NCBI GenBank assembly: GCA_031289615.1
Contig: JAITPD010000033.1
Span: 12,123-76,122, forward strand
Source of the DNA: Lactobacillaceae bacterium
GTDB taxonomy: Bacteria; Bacillota; Bacilli; Lactobacillales; Lactobacillaceae
Reading direction: 5' to 3'
Length of the DNA: 64,000 bases
Part shown: one piece after another, positions 19,468-29,186 of the stretch
Position numbering within the stretch: position 1 is the first letter of the stretch
Layout of the letters: every line of letters begins with the position of its first letter
Position numbers and translations under genes: made by a program
Notes under the pieces: generated by a model
Database searches by the model: none
What the model saw: the letters and a program-made list of their open reading frames with translations, nothing else
What the model was told of the DNA's origin: nothing

Positions 19468-20928
19468 ATGGCAGAACAACAGAATGGCTTAAAACGAACA
19501 ATGCAAACTAGGCATCTATCTATGATTGCATTAGGTGGAACAATTGGAACGGGTCTTTTTGTGACCTCGGGAGCAACGATTTCACAAGCTGGACCAATGG
19601 GAGCGCTGGTGGCTTATGGTGTCATTGGCTTGATGGTGTTCTTCTTGATGACTTCGTTGGGCGAAATGGCCACGAATAATCCGGTCTCTGGTTCATTTTC
19701 AACGTATGCAGACATGTATGTTGAACCGGCTTTTGGCTTTGCAATGGGCTGGAACTATTGGTTTAACTGGGCGATTACGGTCGCAGTGGAAGCTTCAACT
19801 GTCGGCGTCGTCATGGGATTTTGGTTCCCCCACGTGCCAACTTGGATCTGGTCGGCGATTGTCATGGTGCTCATCACGGCAATTAATCTAATGTCTGCGC
19901 GCACTTATGGCGAGACCGAATTTTGGATGGCGCTAATTAAAGTTGTTGCAGTTATTGCGTTTTTGGCGATTGGAGTTTTGACAATAATCGGGGCATTTAG
20001 CTATCACCCTGATGTCGTTAAGAATTTGACGGCGAACGGACATCATGGCTTTATTGGCGGAATCAATGGAATTTTGGCTGTCTTCATGGTCGCAGGTTTC
20101 TCATTTCAAGGGACAGAATTGATTGGGATTACGGCCGGTGAATCAGCAACTCCTGAGACTTCGGTTCCAAAAGCAATTAAGCAAGTCTTTTGGCGCATTT
20201 TGCTCTTCTATATTTTTGCGATTTTAGTGATCGGAGCGATCGTTTATTATAAGGATCCAAATTTGTTGAAGGCTTCTGAAACCAACATTGCTGTCTCACC
20301 ATTCACGCTGGTCTTTAAGCAAGCTGGATTTGCGGCTGCAGCTTCAATTATGAACGCCGTGATTTTGACGGCGGTGATTTCTTCTGCTAACTCTGGAGTG
20401 TATGCTTCATCACGGATGCTCTGGTCAATGGGGCAAACGGGAATGGCACCAAAGATTTTTGGTAAAGTAAACAATAAAACTGGAATCCCAGTTCCTGCTT
20501 TGCTCTTGACTGTTACAGTTGGCCTTTTGACATTCTTGACAGCGATTCTAGGACCACATGTTTATTATTATTTGGTTGCGGCTTCTGGTTTGTCAGGATT
20601 CATTGCGTGGATTGGAATTGCCGTTTCACATTATCGTTTCCGCCGTGCTTTTATCAAGCAAGGGCATCATGTCTCGGAGCTTCGGTATCATGCAAAATGG
20701 TTCCCAGTTGGTCCAATTTTAGCTTTGATTCTCAGCATTGTCGTGGTTGTCGGGCAAGATACAGCATCATTTAGCGGGTCGATTAGCCACTGGAATTGGC
20801 AAGGAATCATCACGACTTACATGGCATTGCCGCTCTTCATCATTCTTTATGTCGTGTACAAAATCCGGCATAAGTCAAAGCTGCGCAAATTGAGTGAGAT
20901 TGATTTGAGTTCACAGCGAGAAGATTAA
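19468..20928 (+). CDS. lysP: Amino-acid permease (APC family), lysine-specific LysP-like
   Basis: 486 aa with 12 TM helices. N-terminus LKRTMQTRHLSMIALGGTIGTGLFV and ..GEMAT..PVSGSF.. are typical of LysP/AAT permeases. L-box control upstream supports the call. Confidence 0.8.
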   Translation: MAEQQNGLKRTMQTRHLSMIALGGTIGTGLFVTSGATISQAGPMGALVAYGVIGLMVFFLMTSLGEMATNNPVSGSFSTYADMYVEPAFGFAMGWNYWFNWAITVAVEASTVGVVMGFWFPHVPTWIWSAIVMVLITAINLMSARTYGETEFWMALIKVVAVIAFLAIGVLTIIGAFSYHPDVVKNLTANGHHGFIGGINGILAVFMVAGFSFQGTELIGITAGESATPETSVPKAIKQVFWRILLFYIFAILVIGAIVYYKDPNLLKASETNIAVSPFTLVFKQAGFAAAASIMNAVILTAVISSANSGVYASSRMLWSMGQTGMAPKIFGKVNNKTGIPVPALLLTVTVGLLTFLTAILGPHVYYYLVAASGLSGFIAWIGIAVSHYRFRRAFIKQGHHVSELRYHAKWFPVGPILALILSIVVVVGQDTASFSGSISHWNWQGIITTYMALPLFIILYVVYKIRHKSKLRKLSEIDLSSQRED

Positions 20929-21093
20929 TTCGAGAGTATGTATCTTGTTGATATTTTTCAGAATCGCTTCTCTGAGCAATGCAATCAAACACTAAAACAG
21001 CGAAGAACTTTTGGCTTCAAAATTTCTGAATGGTAAAAATATCGTAGAAAGATTTAATGAGCTTAAATTTTTTGATTGATTTTAAGTACGATC

Positions 21094-21126
21094 AGAGACT
21101 GATGAATTTATTCATCGGTCTTTTTA
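21094..21126 (+). terminator. Probable rho-independent terminator
   Basis: AGACTGATGAA/TTCATCGGTCT stem (one G-U pair) followed by T5. It sits about 165 nt after the lysP stop. Confidence 0.5.
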
Positions 21127-21238
21127 TGTACCACACTAAACCAATGCATTAATTAGCAACACCAAACTTACTAACTAGTGATAGATACCTATCTGAACCA
21201 TGGCAAAATATGGTATTATTTTAGTAAATCTAACGTGT

Positions 21239-21658
21239 TGTGCTAGTTGTGTAACATCATGGTCATTTTTAACTTGCGTGGTTGTTTTCAATAAAGATAG
21301 TAAATGGCGACACGGTCCCATTCGACTATTAATTTCGTTTTCACGAAATTTAGTCGAATTGGTGCCGCTACCTCGCTAGATCACCTACTATCATTATTTC
21401 AAACACCCCCGCTTAAAATAAATGACCAAGATGTTGCATATGGAATATTGCCCTTTGATTGAGCAGCGTAGCGATTCTGTCGTCGGATGTAATTTCCTGC
21501 CGAATCGTGGTGCACCATTTCTCTAACACCAGGATCCAACGGTTAGTGAAATTGGCGAATTATTTCGCCTTGCATCTCGATTCGTGTAGGGAAATCCGAG
21601 CGTAAAGAATCTTTAGCGAAGCTGATCAAACAAAGTCCAATATTACATAACTATCACA
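21239..21658. repeat. MITE-like nested-palindrome element, copy 2 (most complete: outer arms, H1 and H2)
   Basis: Outer arms TGTGCTAGTTGTGTAA / TTACATAACTATCACA pair at 14 of 16 positions. H1 is 21255-21433 (arms CATCATGGTCATTT/AAATGACCAAGATG). H2 is 21444-21644 (arms AATATTGCCCTTTGATTGAGCAGC/GCTGATCAAACAAAGTCCAATATT). No coding capacity. Confidence 0.85.
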
Positions 21659-21693
21659 ACGCAATAAATCTAACAAAAATTAAGGGGCACATC

Positions 21694-22647
21694 ATGAGCT
21701 GGCAAGAAATAGTAGTTGAAACCCAAACCGAAGCGGTCGAAGCAGTTAGCAATATCTTAATGGAGGCAGGAGCAGAGGGGATTCAAATCGATGACGCTGC
21801 CGATGTTGATGCGTTTCAACCAAATGATCCAACGGTCTGGATTGACTGGGATACAGTAGCTCATCGTGAACAAGGAGCGAGTGTTGCTGGCTTCTTTTCG
21901 ACTGACGTAAAATTGATTGAGCTAATGGATGACATTCGCCTGAAAGTGGCGCGTTTAGCAACGTTTGGCCTGAATCCAGAGCCGGGAACGGTCTCTGCTA
22001 AAGCTGTTAAAGATGAAGATTGGGCGACTGAATGGCAAAAATATTATCATCCAGTTCGTGTGACACGGCATTTAACGGTTGTGCCTAAATGGGAAGAATA
22101 CACGCCGGAAAATCAAGATGAGAAGCACATTATTCTTGATCCAGGAATGGCTTTTGGAACAGGAACTCATCCAACTACTCGACTGATGTTGCAAGCTCTT
22201 GAAATCACTGTGCGCGGTGGAGAGCGGACTTTGGATATTGGAACTGGTTCTGGTGTTTTAAGTATTGGAGCAAAGCAATTGGGCGTTGGTTCGATCCTAG
22301 CGACCGATATTGATGAAGTTGCGGTTCGTTCTGCGCAATTAAACTTTGATTTAAACCCGATTGCAAAAGATGTCCAAGTAATTGCCAGTGATCTATTAAA
22401 TGATGTCCCTGCGCAAAAATTCGACTTGGTTATTGCTAACATGCTTTCAGAAGTTTTAGTACCGTTAATTCCAGACGTTGAAAAATATTTGGTACACGGC
22501 GGAAACTTTTTGCTTTCAGGAATTTATGAAGACAAGGCGATTGTGATTTTGGAGTTGCTCCAATCAAATGGCTATGTCGTGGATGAAACCATGAAACTGG
22601 GCGAATGGTACGGAATCATTAGTCATCTACCAAATGAGGATGCGTAA
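21694..22647 (+). CDS. prmA: Ribosomal protein L11 methyltransferase
   Basis: 317 aa. IILDPGMAFGTGTHPTT and LDIGTGSGVLSI SAM motifs. Confidence 0.9.
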   Translation: MSWQEIVVETQTEAVEAVSNILMEAGAEGIQIDDAADVDAFQPNDPTVWIDWDTVAHREQGASVAGFFSTDVKLIELMDDIRLKVARLATFGLNPEPGTVSAKAVKDEDWATEWQKYYHPVRVTRHLTVVPKWEEYTPENQDEKHIILDPGMAFGTGTHPTTRLMLQALEITVRGGERTLDIGTGSGVLSIGAKQLGVGSILATDIDEVAVRSAQLNFDLNPIAKDVQVIASDLLNDVPAQKFDLVIANMLSEVLVPLIPDVEKYLVHGGNFLLSGIYEDKAIVILELLQSNGYVVDETMKLGEWYGIISHLPNEDA

Positions 22648-22649
22648 GA

Positions 22650-23396
22650 ATGCAAAGATATTTTTTAATTGAAATGCCAAATGAATCCCGATTTGAATTG
22701 GACGAGGAAACTAAACATCATTTAATGAATGTGTTGCGTGGCCAAGTTGGAACGAAAGCTGAATTTGTCACACCTGAACAAACGTTGTTGATTGCCGAAG
22801 TGGCCGAAATAAATGCTGAACAAGTTTGGATGAAGGTCATCGAAGAGCAGACTGTTGCAGTTGAATTACCAGTTGCAGCGACTTTAGTTTTAGGACTCGC
22901 AAAGGGTGATAAGCCAGAATTGGTCGTTCAAAAAGCAACAGAGCTCGGTGCGACAGCCTTTATCTTTGTGGAAACGGAATTTTCAGTAGCGCACTGGGGT
23001 AGCAAGGCAGAACGTAAGCTAGAGCGTCTCAGAAAAATTGCACGTGGGGCAGCCGAACAAAGTCATCGTTTAAAGATTCCATCGATTGAGTATGCTGAAC
23101 GGTTGAATGAATTGCAGCTGCCAGATGAAAGCGTCAAGGTTGTGGCGTGGGAAGAAAGCGCTAAGGCTGACGAACGGGCGAATCTTGTGACTGCGCTAAC
23201 TGATGCTCAAAATGTAAGAGAAATTGTATTTTTGATTGGTCCAGAGGGCGGTTTGAGCAAAAATGAGTTACAATATTTAACAGAAGAACTTGGATTTATG
23301 GCAGCAGGGTTTGGACCGCGAATTTTGCGAGCGGAGACAGCCCCTTTGTATGCTATGAGCGTCTTGAGTTACGTTACAGAATTAGATCAAAGATAA
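22650..23396 (+). CDS. rsmE: 16S rRNA (uracil1498-N3)-methyltransferase
   Basis: MQRYF start, HL.NVLR, IGPEGGLS and ILRAETA motifs. Canonical position after prmA. Confidence 0.85.
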   Translation: MQRYFLIEMPNESRFELDEETKHHLMNVLRGQVGTKAEFVTPEQTLLIAEVAEINAEQVWMKVIEEQTVAVELPVAATLVLGLAKGDKPELVVQKATELGATAFIFVETEFSVAHWGSKAERKLERLRKIARGAAEQSHRLKIPSIEYAERLNELQLPDESVKVVAWEESAKADERANLVTALTDAQNVREIVFLIGPEGGLSKNELQYLTEELGFMAAGFGPRILRAETAPLYAMSVLSYVTELDQR

Positions 23397-23412
23397 GTGA
23401 AGGCGATTATAT

Positions 23413-23799
23413 ATGCGAGAATTTAAAAAAATAGCAAGTTGGCAGTTTTGGATTATGATGCCCATTTTTGGATGGTTGATTCCTTGGATTTTTAACGAAA
23501 TGCCTTCTGGGATCAAGTCTTATAAGCTAGTGGTGTCGCTGTTCATCTTGAATATGTTATTTAGTGTTTATGTTGGTGCGTACTTGCGCAAACACGGATC
23601 TTTTTGGTATCTATTACCAATTTGGCCCATTATCTTTGCGATTGGTGTCGCATTTGGCTTGAACTCAATTCTATACGGGTTCTTTTTGGCATTAGCATAT
23701 CTAATTATCGAATTATTTGCTTATACGCCAGGTCAGGAAGAAGAAATCGATATTGAAAAACAAATCCCAGTTGACGGTGGAATTAAAGAAGTGAAATAA
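23413..23799 (+). CDS. Hypothetical integral membrane protein
   Basis: 128 aa with four hydrophobic segments. No motif recognised. Confidence 0.35.
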   Translation: MREFKKIASWQFWIMMPIFGWLIPWIFNEMPSGIKSYKLVVSLFILNMLFSVYVGAYLRKHGSFWYLLPIWPIIFAIGVAFGLNSILYGFFLALAYLIIELFAYTPGQEEEIDIEKQIPVDGGIKEVK

Positions 23800-23848
23800 A
23801 GATAAATTAATCTCCCACTTTCTACCCTCAATTATAAAATATACTAAA

Positions 23849-23882
23849 AGGCTGCTAGACATAGTTCTGGCAGTCTTTTTTA
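23849..23882 (+). terminator. Probable rho-independent terminator
   Basis: AGGCTGC/GCAGTCT stem (one G-U pair) followed by T6. Confidence 0.5.
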
Positions 23883-24002
23883 GCGGAAAAAATGCTGACA
23901 CTGGCGCTGTAATATCCCTTAATATAAACGTAACTAAATAGAAATAAAGAGCGCAAAGCCTAATTTAATCATGTTTATAACGCTATGGTCGAAAATGGTG
24001 TG

Positions 24003-24046
24003 GTGGCAGGTGGTGGTGGATAGTGGCAATGAGTGGAGGAAAGTGG
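24003..24046 (+). promoter_or_regulatory. Candidate MraZ operator: five GTGG boxes phased at exactly 10 bp
   Basis: GTGG starts at 24003, 24013, 24023, 24033 and 24043, just upstream of a TATACA(T) -10-like hexamer (~24052) and of mraZ (24116). MraZ is known to bind short direct repeats with 10-bp periodicity in its own promoter. Confidence 0.5.
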
Positions 24047-24115
24047 TAAATTATACATATGAATCATTGCAATTAGACTATGCTGCAACTAATGACGGAA
24101 GGAGGAATGCTCATC

Positions 24116-24556
24116 ATGTTTATGGGAACTTACGAACACTCGCTTGATACCAAAAATCGCTTGATCATTCCTGCTAAGTTTCGGAATCAGCTCGGTACAA
24201 GTTTTGTAGTGACAAAGGGAAATGAAAATTCTCTCCACGCATACAGTCAAACTGGTTGGGAAGCATTTGAAGAAAAGCTAAATCAGTTGCCCTCTAACAA
24301 TCCAAAGGTTCGTCAATACAAGCGGGCGGTCTTGGCTGGAGCAACTGAAGCAGAATTTGATAAGCAAGGGCGAATCGTGATTCCAAATAATTTGAAGGAA
24401 CACGCAGAACTTGAAAAAGATGTTGTCATCATCGGTTATGGTGAAAACGAATTCGAGATTTGGGATGCACACAAGTTTAGCGAGTACAACACTGAAGTCA
24501 CTGAGAACTTCGATGACATTTCGGCTGAATTATCAGACTTAGGATTCGAAATTTAA
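24116..24556 (+). CDS. mraZ: Division/cell-wall cluster transcriptional regulator MraZ
   Basis: ATG 24116 behind GGAAGGAGG. MFMGTYEHSLDTKNRLIIPAKFR and DKQGRIVIP (duplicated SpoVT/AbrB-like halves). Confidence 0.9.
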   Translation: MFMGTYEHSLDTKNRLIIPAKFRNQLGTSFVVTKGNENSLHAYSQTGWEAFEEKLNQLPSNNPKVRQYKRAVLAGATEAEFDKQGRIVIPNNLKEHAELEKDVVIIGYGENEFEIWDAHKFSEYNTEVTENFDDISAELSDLGFEI

Positions 24557-24583
24557 AAAAATAAGCTAGGAGGAGCACAGCAC

Positions 24584-25528
24584 ATGGCCGAATTTAAACA
24601 CGTCACAGTACTATTGAACGAAGCCATTGATAATTTGGCTGTGCAACCAACTGGAACATATGTCGATGCAACTTTGGGTGGCGGAGGGCATTCGCAATTA
24701 TTAGCAAGTAAGTTAACGACAGGAAAGTTGTGGTCGTTTGATCAAGACATCACGGCGATTGAATATAATCAAACGCATCTGGCTTCTGAATTAGCTGCCG
24801 GCAAGATTGAGTTTATTCAAAATAATTTCCGGAATTTGCAAAGTGCATTAGCAGAAGTAGGTGTGACTGGCATAGATGGAATTGTCTATGATTTAGGTGT
24901 TTCGTCTCCACAGTTTGATGACGGACAACGGGGCTTCTCATATAACTACGATGCACCTCTTGATATGCGGATGAATCAATCGCAAGAACTCAACGCTCGC
25001 ACGGTGGTGAACGATTGGTCATTTAATGACTTAATGCGGATATTGTCACGGTATGGCGAAGAAAAATTTGCAAAGTCGATTGCTCGTGCGATTGAACGCG
25101 AACGGGCAGTCAAGCCGATTGAGACAACTTTCGAACTAGTTGATGTAATCAAGTCAGCCATTCCAATGGGCGCACGTCGGACTGGTGGACATCCCGCTAA
25201 GAAGTCATTCCAGGCGATTAGGATTGCAGTCAACGATGAACTTGGTGCAGTCGAAGAATCATTGCAACAAGCACTTGATTTGTTAAATGTGAACGGTCGC
25301 ATTTCTGTCATTACGTTTCATAGCTTGGAAGATCGCCTAGTTAAGACAATGTTTAAAGAAAAAACTAGTCTTCCAGAATTGCCAAATGGCTTGCCTGTGA
25401 TTCCAGATGAAATGCAGCCAGATTTTAAATCAATTACGCGTAAACCAATTTTAGCTTCAGAAGAAGAGTTGGCGGAAAATCACCGTGCTCATTCGGCCAA
25501 GCTACGAGTTATACAAAGAATGCGCTAA
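24584..25528 (+). CDS. rsmH: 16S rRNA (cytosine1402-N4)-methyltransferase
   Basis: [41 protein letters not shown] and ITFHSLEDR motifs. Confidence 0.92.
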   Translation: MAEFKHVTVLLNEAIDNLAVQPTGTYVDATLGGGGHSQLLASKLTTGKLWSFDQDITAIEYNQTHLASELAAGKIEFIQNNFRNLQSALAEVGVTGIDGIVYDLGVSSPQFDDGQRGFSYNYDAPLDMRMNQSQELNARTVVNDWSFNDLMRILSRYGEEKFAKSIARAIERERAVKPIETTFELVDVIKSAIPMGARRTGGHPAKKSFQAIRIAVNDELGAVEESLQQALDLLNVNGRISVITFHSLEDRLVKTMFKEKTSLPELPNGLPVIPDEMQPDFKSITRKPILASEEELAENHRAHSAKLRVIQRMR

Positions 25529-25575
25529 ACAGTAGATAATTTCTCAAAAAAGAAGGATAATAAGAGGACAGAGTT

Positions 25576-25950
25576 ATGGCACAATCAGCTCAACAATTTC
25601 AATATGCCAATGTTGCTCCTAAAATTAAGCAGCAACCCCGTCGTCGTGTCCAACCACGCCCACAAAAGGTTCGTTTTGCACCTGTTGCTTGGCGACAAGA
25701 TGTTCGTCATTTGGTGAGCGCGATTGTGATCATAGCAATGTTTGCCATGGGTAGCGTGTGGATTACCAACCAAACGACCGCGTTTAACGAACAAGCGCAA
25801 ATTAAATCAGCACAATTAGATAAGTTGCGGAATGCCAATAACGATGCTAAAGAACAAATTAGTGCATTGACGACGCAAGACCGGTTGAATGACATCGCCC
25901 AAAAGGCAGGGATGACTTTGCAGAATCAAAATATTAAAAATGTTAAATAA
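25576..25950 (+). CDS. ftsL: Cell-division protein FtsL
   Basis: 124 aa: basic N-terminus, one TM helix and a short coiled-coil. Canonical slot between rsmH and pbp2B. Confidence 0.7.
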   Translation: MAQSAQQFQYANVAPKIKQQPRRRVQPRPQKVRFAPVAWRQDVRHLVSAIVIIAMFAMGSVWITNQTTAFNEQAQIKSAQLDKLRNANNDAKEQISALTTQDRLNDIAQKAGMTLQNQNIKNVK

Positions 25951-25965
25951 TACAGAGGAAAACGG

Positions 25966-28101
25966 ATGTTAAATAAAGGAAACTCAAAACGCTCGAAGTA
26001 CGCAATCTTAATTATGCTTCTCGTGTTGACTGGTGTAGTTTTCTATATTGGCTACCGTTTTTTTGCTGTCGCCATTACTAAAAACGTCGATAATGTTAAT
26101 CTAGAGCAACGAGCCCAGACGCTGTATCGGTCGCAGAGCAAGGTTTTGGCTAAGCGTGGTCAGATTTATGATGCTGTGGGTAATGTTTTGGCTGAAAACG
26201 CCTCAGTCTATACGATTCAGGTTGTTTTGCAAGAGGATCAGTCTACATATGTTAAACCAAGTCAAATTAATTCCGTGGCAAAAAAGTTAGCTAAGGCGCT
26301 GGGTGGAGAGGCTAGTGATTATGCTAAAACGATTCGTAGTGGAATTAAACACAAGTATTTTCAGGTGCAATTTGGAACGATTGGCTCTAATATTCCACAA
26401 GAAAAATATGCAGAGATTAAAAAAGAAAATATTCCTGGCGTTAAATTTGAGTCACATCCAGCACGACTATATCCAAATGGACAGTTTGCGTCAGATTTAA
26501 TTGGCGCAGTGAGCTCAAAGGGGACGGATATTTTAAGTGGAATTTCTGGAATCGAAGCGGCGTGGAATACTAAATTAACTGGAACTGATGGGATCAATAC
26601 GACCAGTGTGGACAGTACTGATGTCGATGTGGCCAAAGCGAGCTTGGCAACTAAAAATGGTTATGATATATATACGACCTTGAACACAAAGCTGCAATCG
26701 GCCTTGGAAAGCAAGATGAACGAATTGCAAGGCGATATGAAGCCCAAGCAAGCATTCGCAGCAATCGTGGATACAACTAACGGCGATATTGTTGCTGAGA
26801 CTCAACGGCCAACGTATAACGCAACGACCGAGCAAGGCTTTGGTGATTTTTGGCAAAATTTGCTGGTGCAAGAGCCATACGAGCCAGGTTCAGTTTTGAA
26901 GGGAATCACGTTAGCAGCGGCGATTGACACAGGCAACTGGGATGGCAATGCAACTTATCAATCTGGTTCGATTCAAATTGATGATAAAGAAGTTAAAGAT
27001 TGGAATGACGGTGCTGGTTGGGGCCGGATTCCATTTTCACAGGGAATCGCGGTTTCTTCTAACGTGGCAATGGTCTTGACAGAACAAAAGATGGGCCCTG
27101 ACACGTGGGGCAAGTACATCCGTAACTTCCAATTCCTTAAGCCAACTAAAATTGGGTTGAATGATGAAGCTTCAGGTTCAATGAATTTCCGTTATCCGAT
27201 TGAACAAGCAAGCACGGCCTTTGGACAAGGAATTAAAGTTACACCAGCACAGATGTTGCAAGCGTATACTGCAATTGCTGGAAACGGGGACGAACTAAAG
27301 CCACAAATCATTTCAAAGATTGTAGATCCAAACACTAAGAAAGTTGTCTATGCTTCAAAGCGGCAAAAAATTGCTAAGCCCATTAAGACTGAAACAGCCG
27401 AAGCAACTCGTAAAGAGCTAGAAAACGTGATTTACAATGAACACGCGATTGGGAAGATGTACGCGATTCCAGATGTGCGAACGACAGGTAAGTCTGGAAC
27501 AGCGCAGATTTCAACGGCCAATGGATATACGGCTCCGGGTGATAATAAGAACGAAATCCATTCATGGATGGGAATGGCTCCGTCTGATAATCCACGTTAC
27601 ATGATGTATATCGTGGTTAAGGAACCGCAAGAAAATACAGGCAATATCGCTAAAGACATGTCGAATGTTTTCGTTTCTATGATGCAACAAGCGCTGCAAA
27701 TGAGTCCTGCCGATGATAAGGTCGTGGTGAGTGCCAAGCAAAAGGTGCAGATCCCAACAGTTGAAAATGAAAGTGTCGATGCAGCTAAAAAAGAAATCGA
27801 AGCTAATCGTCTTGCGCCAATTGTGCTAGGTTCAGGCAAGACTGTTAAAGCACAGTATCCTGAAGGTGGAGAAGCGGCGTTGATCAATCAGCGTGTCCTC
27901 TTGAACACTGGTAAGAATTTGAAGGTACCAGACATGCATGGCTGGGCTAAGTCTGACGTGCTGGCATGGGGAAGCATGGCTAAGATTAAAATTAATCTAA
28001 GCGGATCAGGTTTCTTGACGGAACAATCAGTTGTACCTGAGACTGCGTTGTCGGATGGAATTCATGAAATCACGGTCAAATTTACCATACCAAAGAGTTA
28101 A
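25966..28101 (+). CDS. pbp2B: Penicillin-binding protein 2B (class B, division-specific) with C-terminal PASTA domains
   Basis: 711 aa with an N-terminal anchor. Transpeptidase motifs include SVLK (SxxK), SSN (SxN) and KSGTA (KTG-like). Two PASTA-like repeats follow at the C-terminus. Confidence 0.88.
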   Translation: MLNKGNSKRSKYAILIMLLVLTGVVFYIGYRFFAVAITKNVDNVNLEQRAQTLYRSQSKVLAKRGQIYDAVGNVLAENASVYTIQVVLQEDQSTYVKPSQINSVAKKLAKALGGEASDYAKTIRSGIKHKYFQVQFGTIGSNIPQEKYAEIKKENIPGVKFESHPARLYPNGQFASDLIGAVSSKGTDILSGISGIEAAWNTKLTGTDGINTTSVDSTDVDVAKASLATKNGYDIYTTLNTKLQSALESKMNELQGDMKPKQAFAAIVDTTNGDIVAETQRPTYNATTEQGFGDFWQNLLVQEPYEPGSVLKGITLAAAIDTGNWDGNATYQSGSIQIDDKEVKDWNDGAGWGRIPFSQGIAVSSNVAMVLTEQKMGPDTWGKYIRNFQFLKPTKIGLNDEASGSMNFRYPIEQASTAFGQGIKVTPAQMLQAYTAIAGNGDELKPQIISKIVDPNTKKVVYASKRQKIAKPIKTETAEATRKELENVIYNEHAIGKMYAIPDVRTTGKSGTAQISTANGYTAPGDNKNEIHSWMGMAPSDNPRYMMYIVVKEPQENTGNIAKDMSNVFVSMMQQALQMSPADDKVVVSAKQKVQIPTVENESVDAAKKEIEANRLAPIVLGSGKTVKAQYPEGGEAALINQRVLLNTGKNLKVPDMHGWAKSDVLAWGSMAKIKINLSGSGFLTEQSVVPETALSDGIHEITVKFTIPKS

Positions 28102-28150
28102 TGAATTATAATGGACAAAGAGTTAAAAAACAGAGGACAAGGAGAGAAAA

Positions 28151-29143
28151 ATGATAGTTAATTGGTTACCAGGAATGATTTTTGCCTTTCTTGCGACATT
28201 TATTGGTACGCGTGTTTTGCGTGAATGGTTCATGAAAATTAAGGTGCAACAATTAGTGATGCGTAATGGTGGTAAGGGACCTGATCATCAGGCCAAAATG
28301 GGGACGCCAACGATGGGTGGTGCCGGTTTTATTGTCATTATTTTCATCTTGTTTATCTTTAAGCAACTTTTCTCTGGTGGAATGAATCCTACGAGCTGGG
28401 CAATGATGGCTGCAATGCTGTTATACGCGCTAGTTGGCGGGTTTGATGATAGCATTAAAATTTTTGAACATCGGGATGAAGGTTTTCGCTTTTTGCCAAA
28501 GTTAGGCTTTCAAATTTTTGCTGGAGTAGTTGCCTTGGCGCTATTACTCGTTGGAAAGTTTAATTTCGTGCTTAATTTTGGTTTCTTGACTGTCAATAAT
28601 TTAGCAATCTTTGCCGTGTTAACAATTTTGTGGCTCGTCGGTTGGTCAAATGCAGTCAACTTAACAGATGGCTTGGACGGCCTTGCAACTGGATTGGCAA
28701 TCATTGCTTATTCAGTGTACCTGTTGGTCGCCATCAAGCAAGGAAATAGCGATATTGCCTTCTTAAACGCTGTGATTATCGGAGCATTGCTAGCGTTCTT
28801 TACGTGGAACCAATATCCAGCTCATATTTTCATGGGTGACACAGGTTCACTAGCCCTCGGAGCTGGACTAGCGATGAATGCACTGGTGTTGCACGTTGAG
28901 TGGTCAATTTTGTTGGTCGGGTTGGTCTTTATGCTCGAAACGCTTTCAGTGATTATTCAAGTTGGTAGTTTCCGCTTACGGAATGGAAAGCGGGTATTCT
29001 TGATGACCCCAATTCACCATGCGTTTGAAAAAGGTGGCATTACAATGAATCCAGATAAGCCTTGGTCAGAATGGCGAGTTGACTTGTTCTTTTGGGCAGT
29101 TGGATTAGTAGCAGCAATTATTTATTTAGTAATTTTCTTATAG
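28151..29143 (+). CDS. mraY: Phospho-N-acetylmuramoyl-pentapeptide transferase
   Basis: GTPTMGG, NAVNLTDGLDGLA, MGDTGSLALG and PIHHHFE-like (PIHHAFE) motifs. Confidence 0.92.
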   Translation: MIVNWLPGMIFAFLATFIGTRVLREWFMKIKVQQLVMRNGGKGPDHQAKMGTPTMGGAGFIVIIFILFIFKQLFSGGMNPTSWAMMAAMLLYALVGGFDDSIKIFEHRDEGFRFLPKLGFQIFAGVVALALLLVGKFNFVLNFGFLTVNNLAIFAVLTILWLVGWSNAVNLTDGLDGLATGLAIIAYSVYLLVAIKQGNSDIAFLNAVIIGALLAFFTWNQYPAHIFMGDTGSLALGAGLAMNALVLHVEWSILLVGLVFMLETLSVIIQVGSFRLRNGKRVFLMTPIHHAFEKGGITMNPDKPWSEWRVDLFFWAVGLVAAIIYLVIFL

Positions 29144-29186
29144 ACAAAGCAATTTTTTAGTTGAATTGGAAAGAAGGAAGACTTAA

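Noticed and set aside
24003-24046. GG-tract array read as a G-quadruplex
   Set aside because: The G-runs are only two long. The strict 10-bp phasing directly upstream of mraZ is better explained as an MraZ operator.
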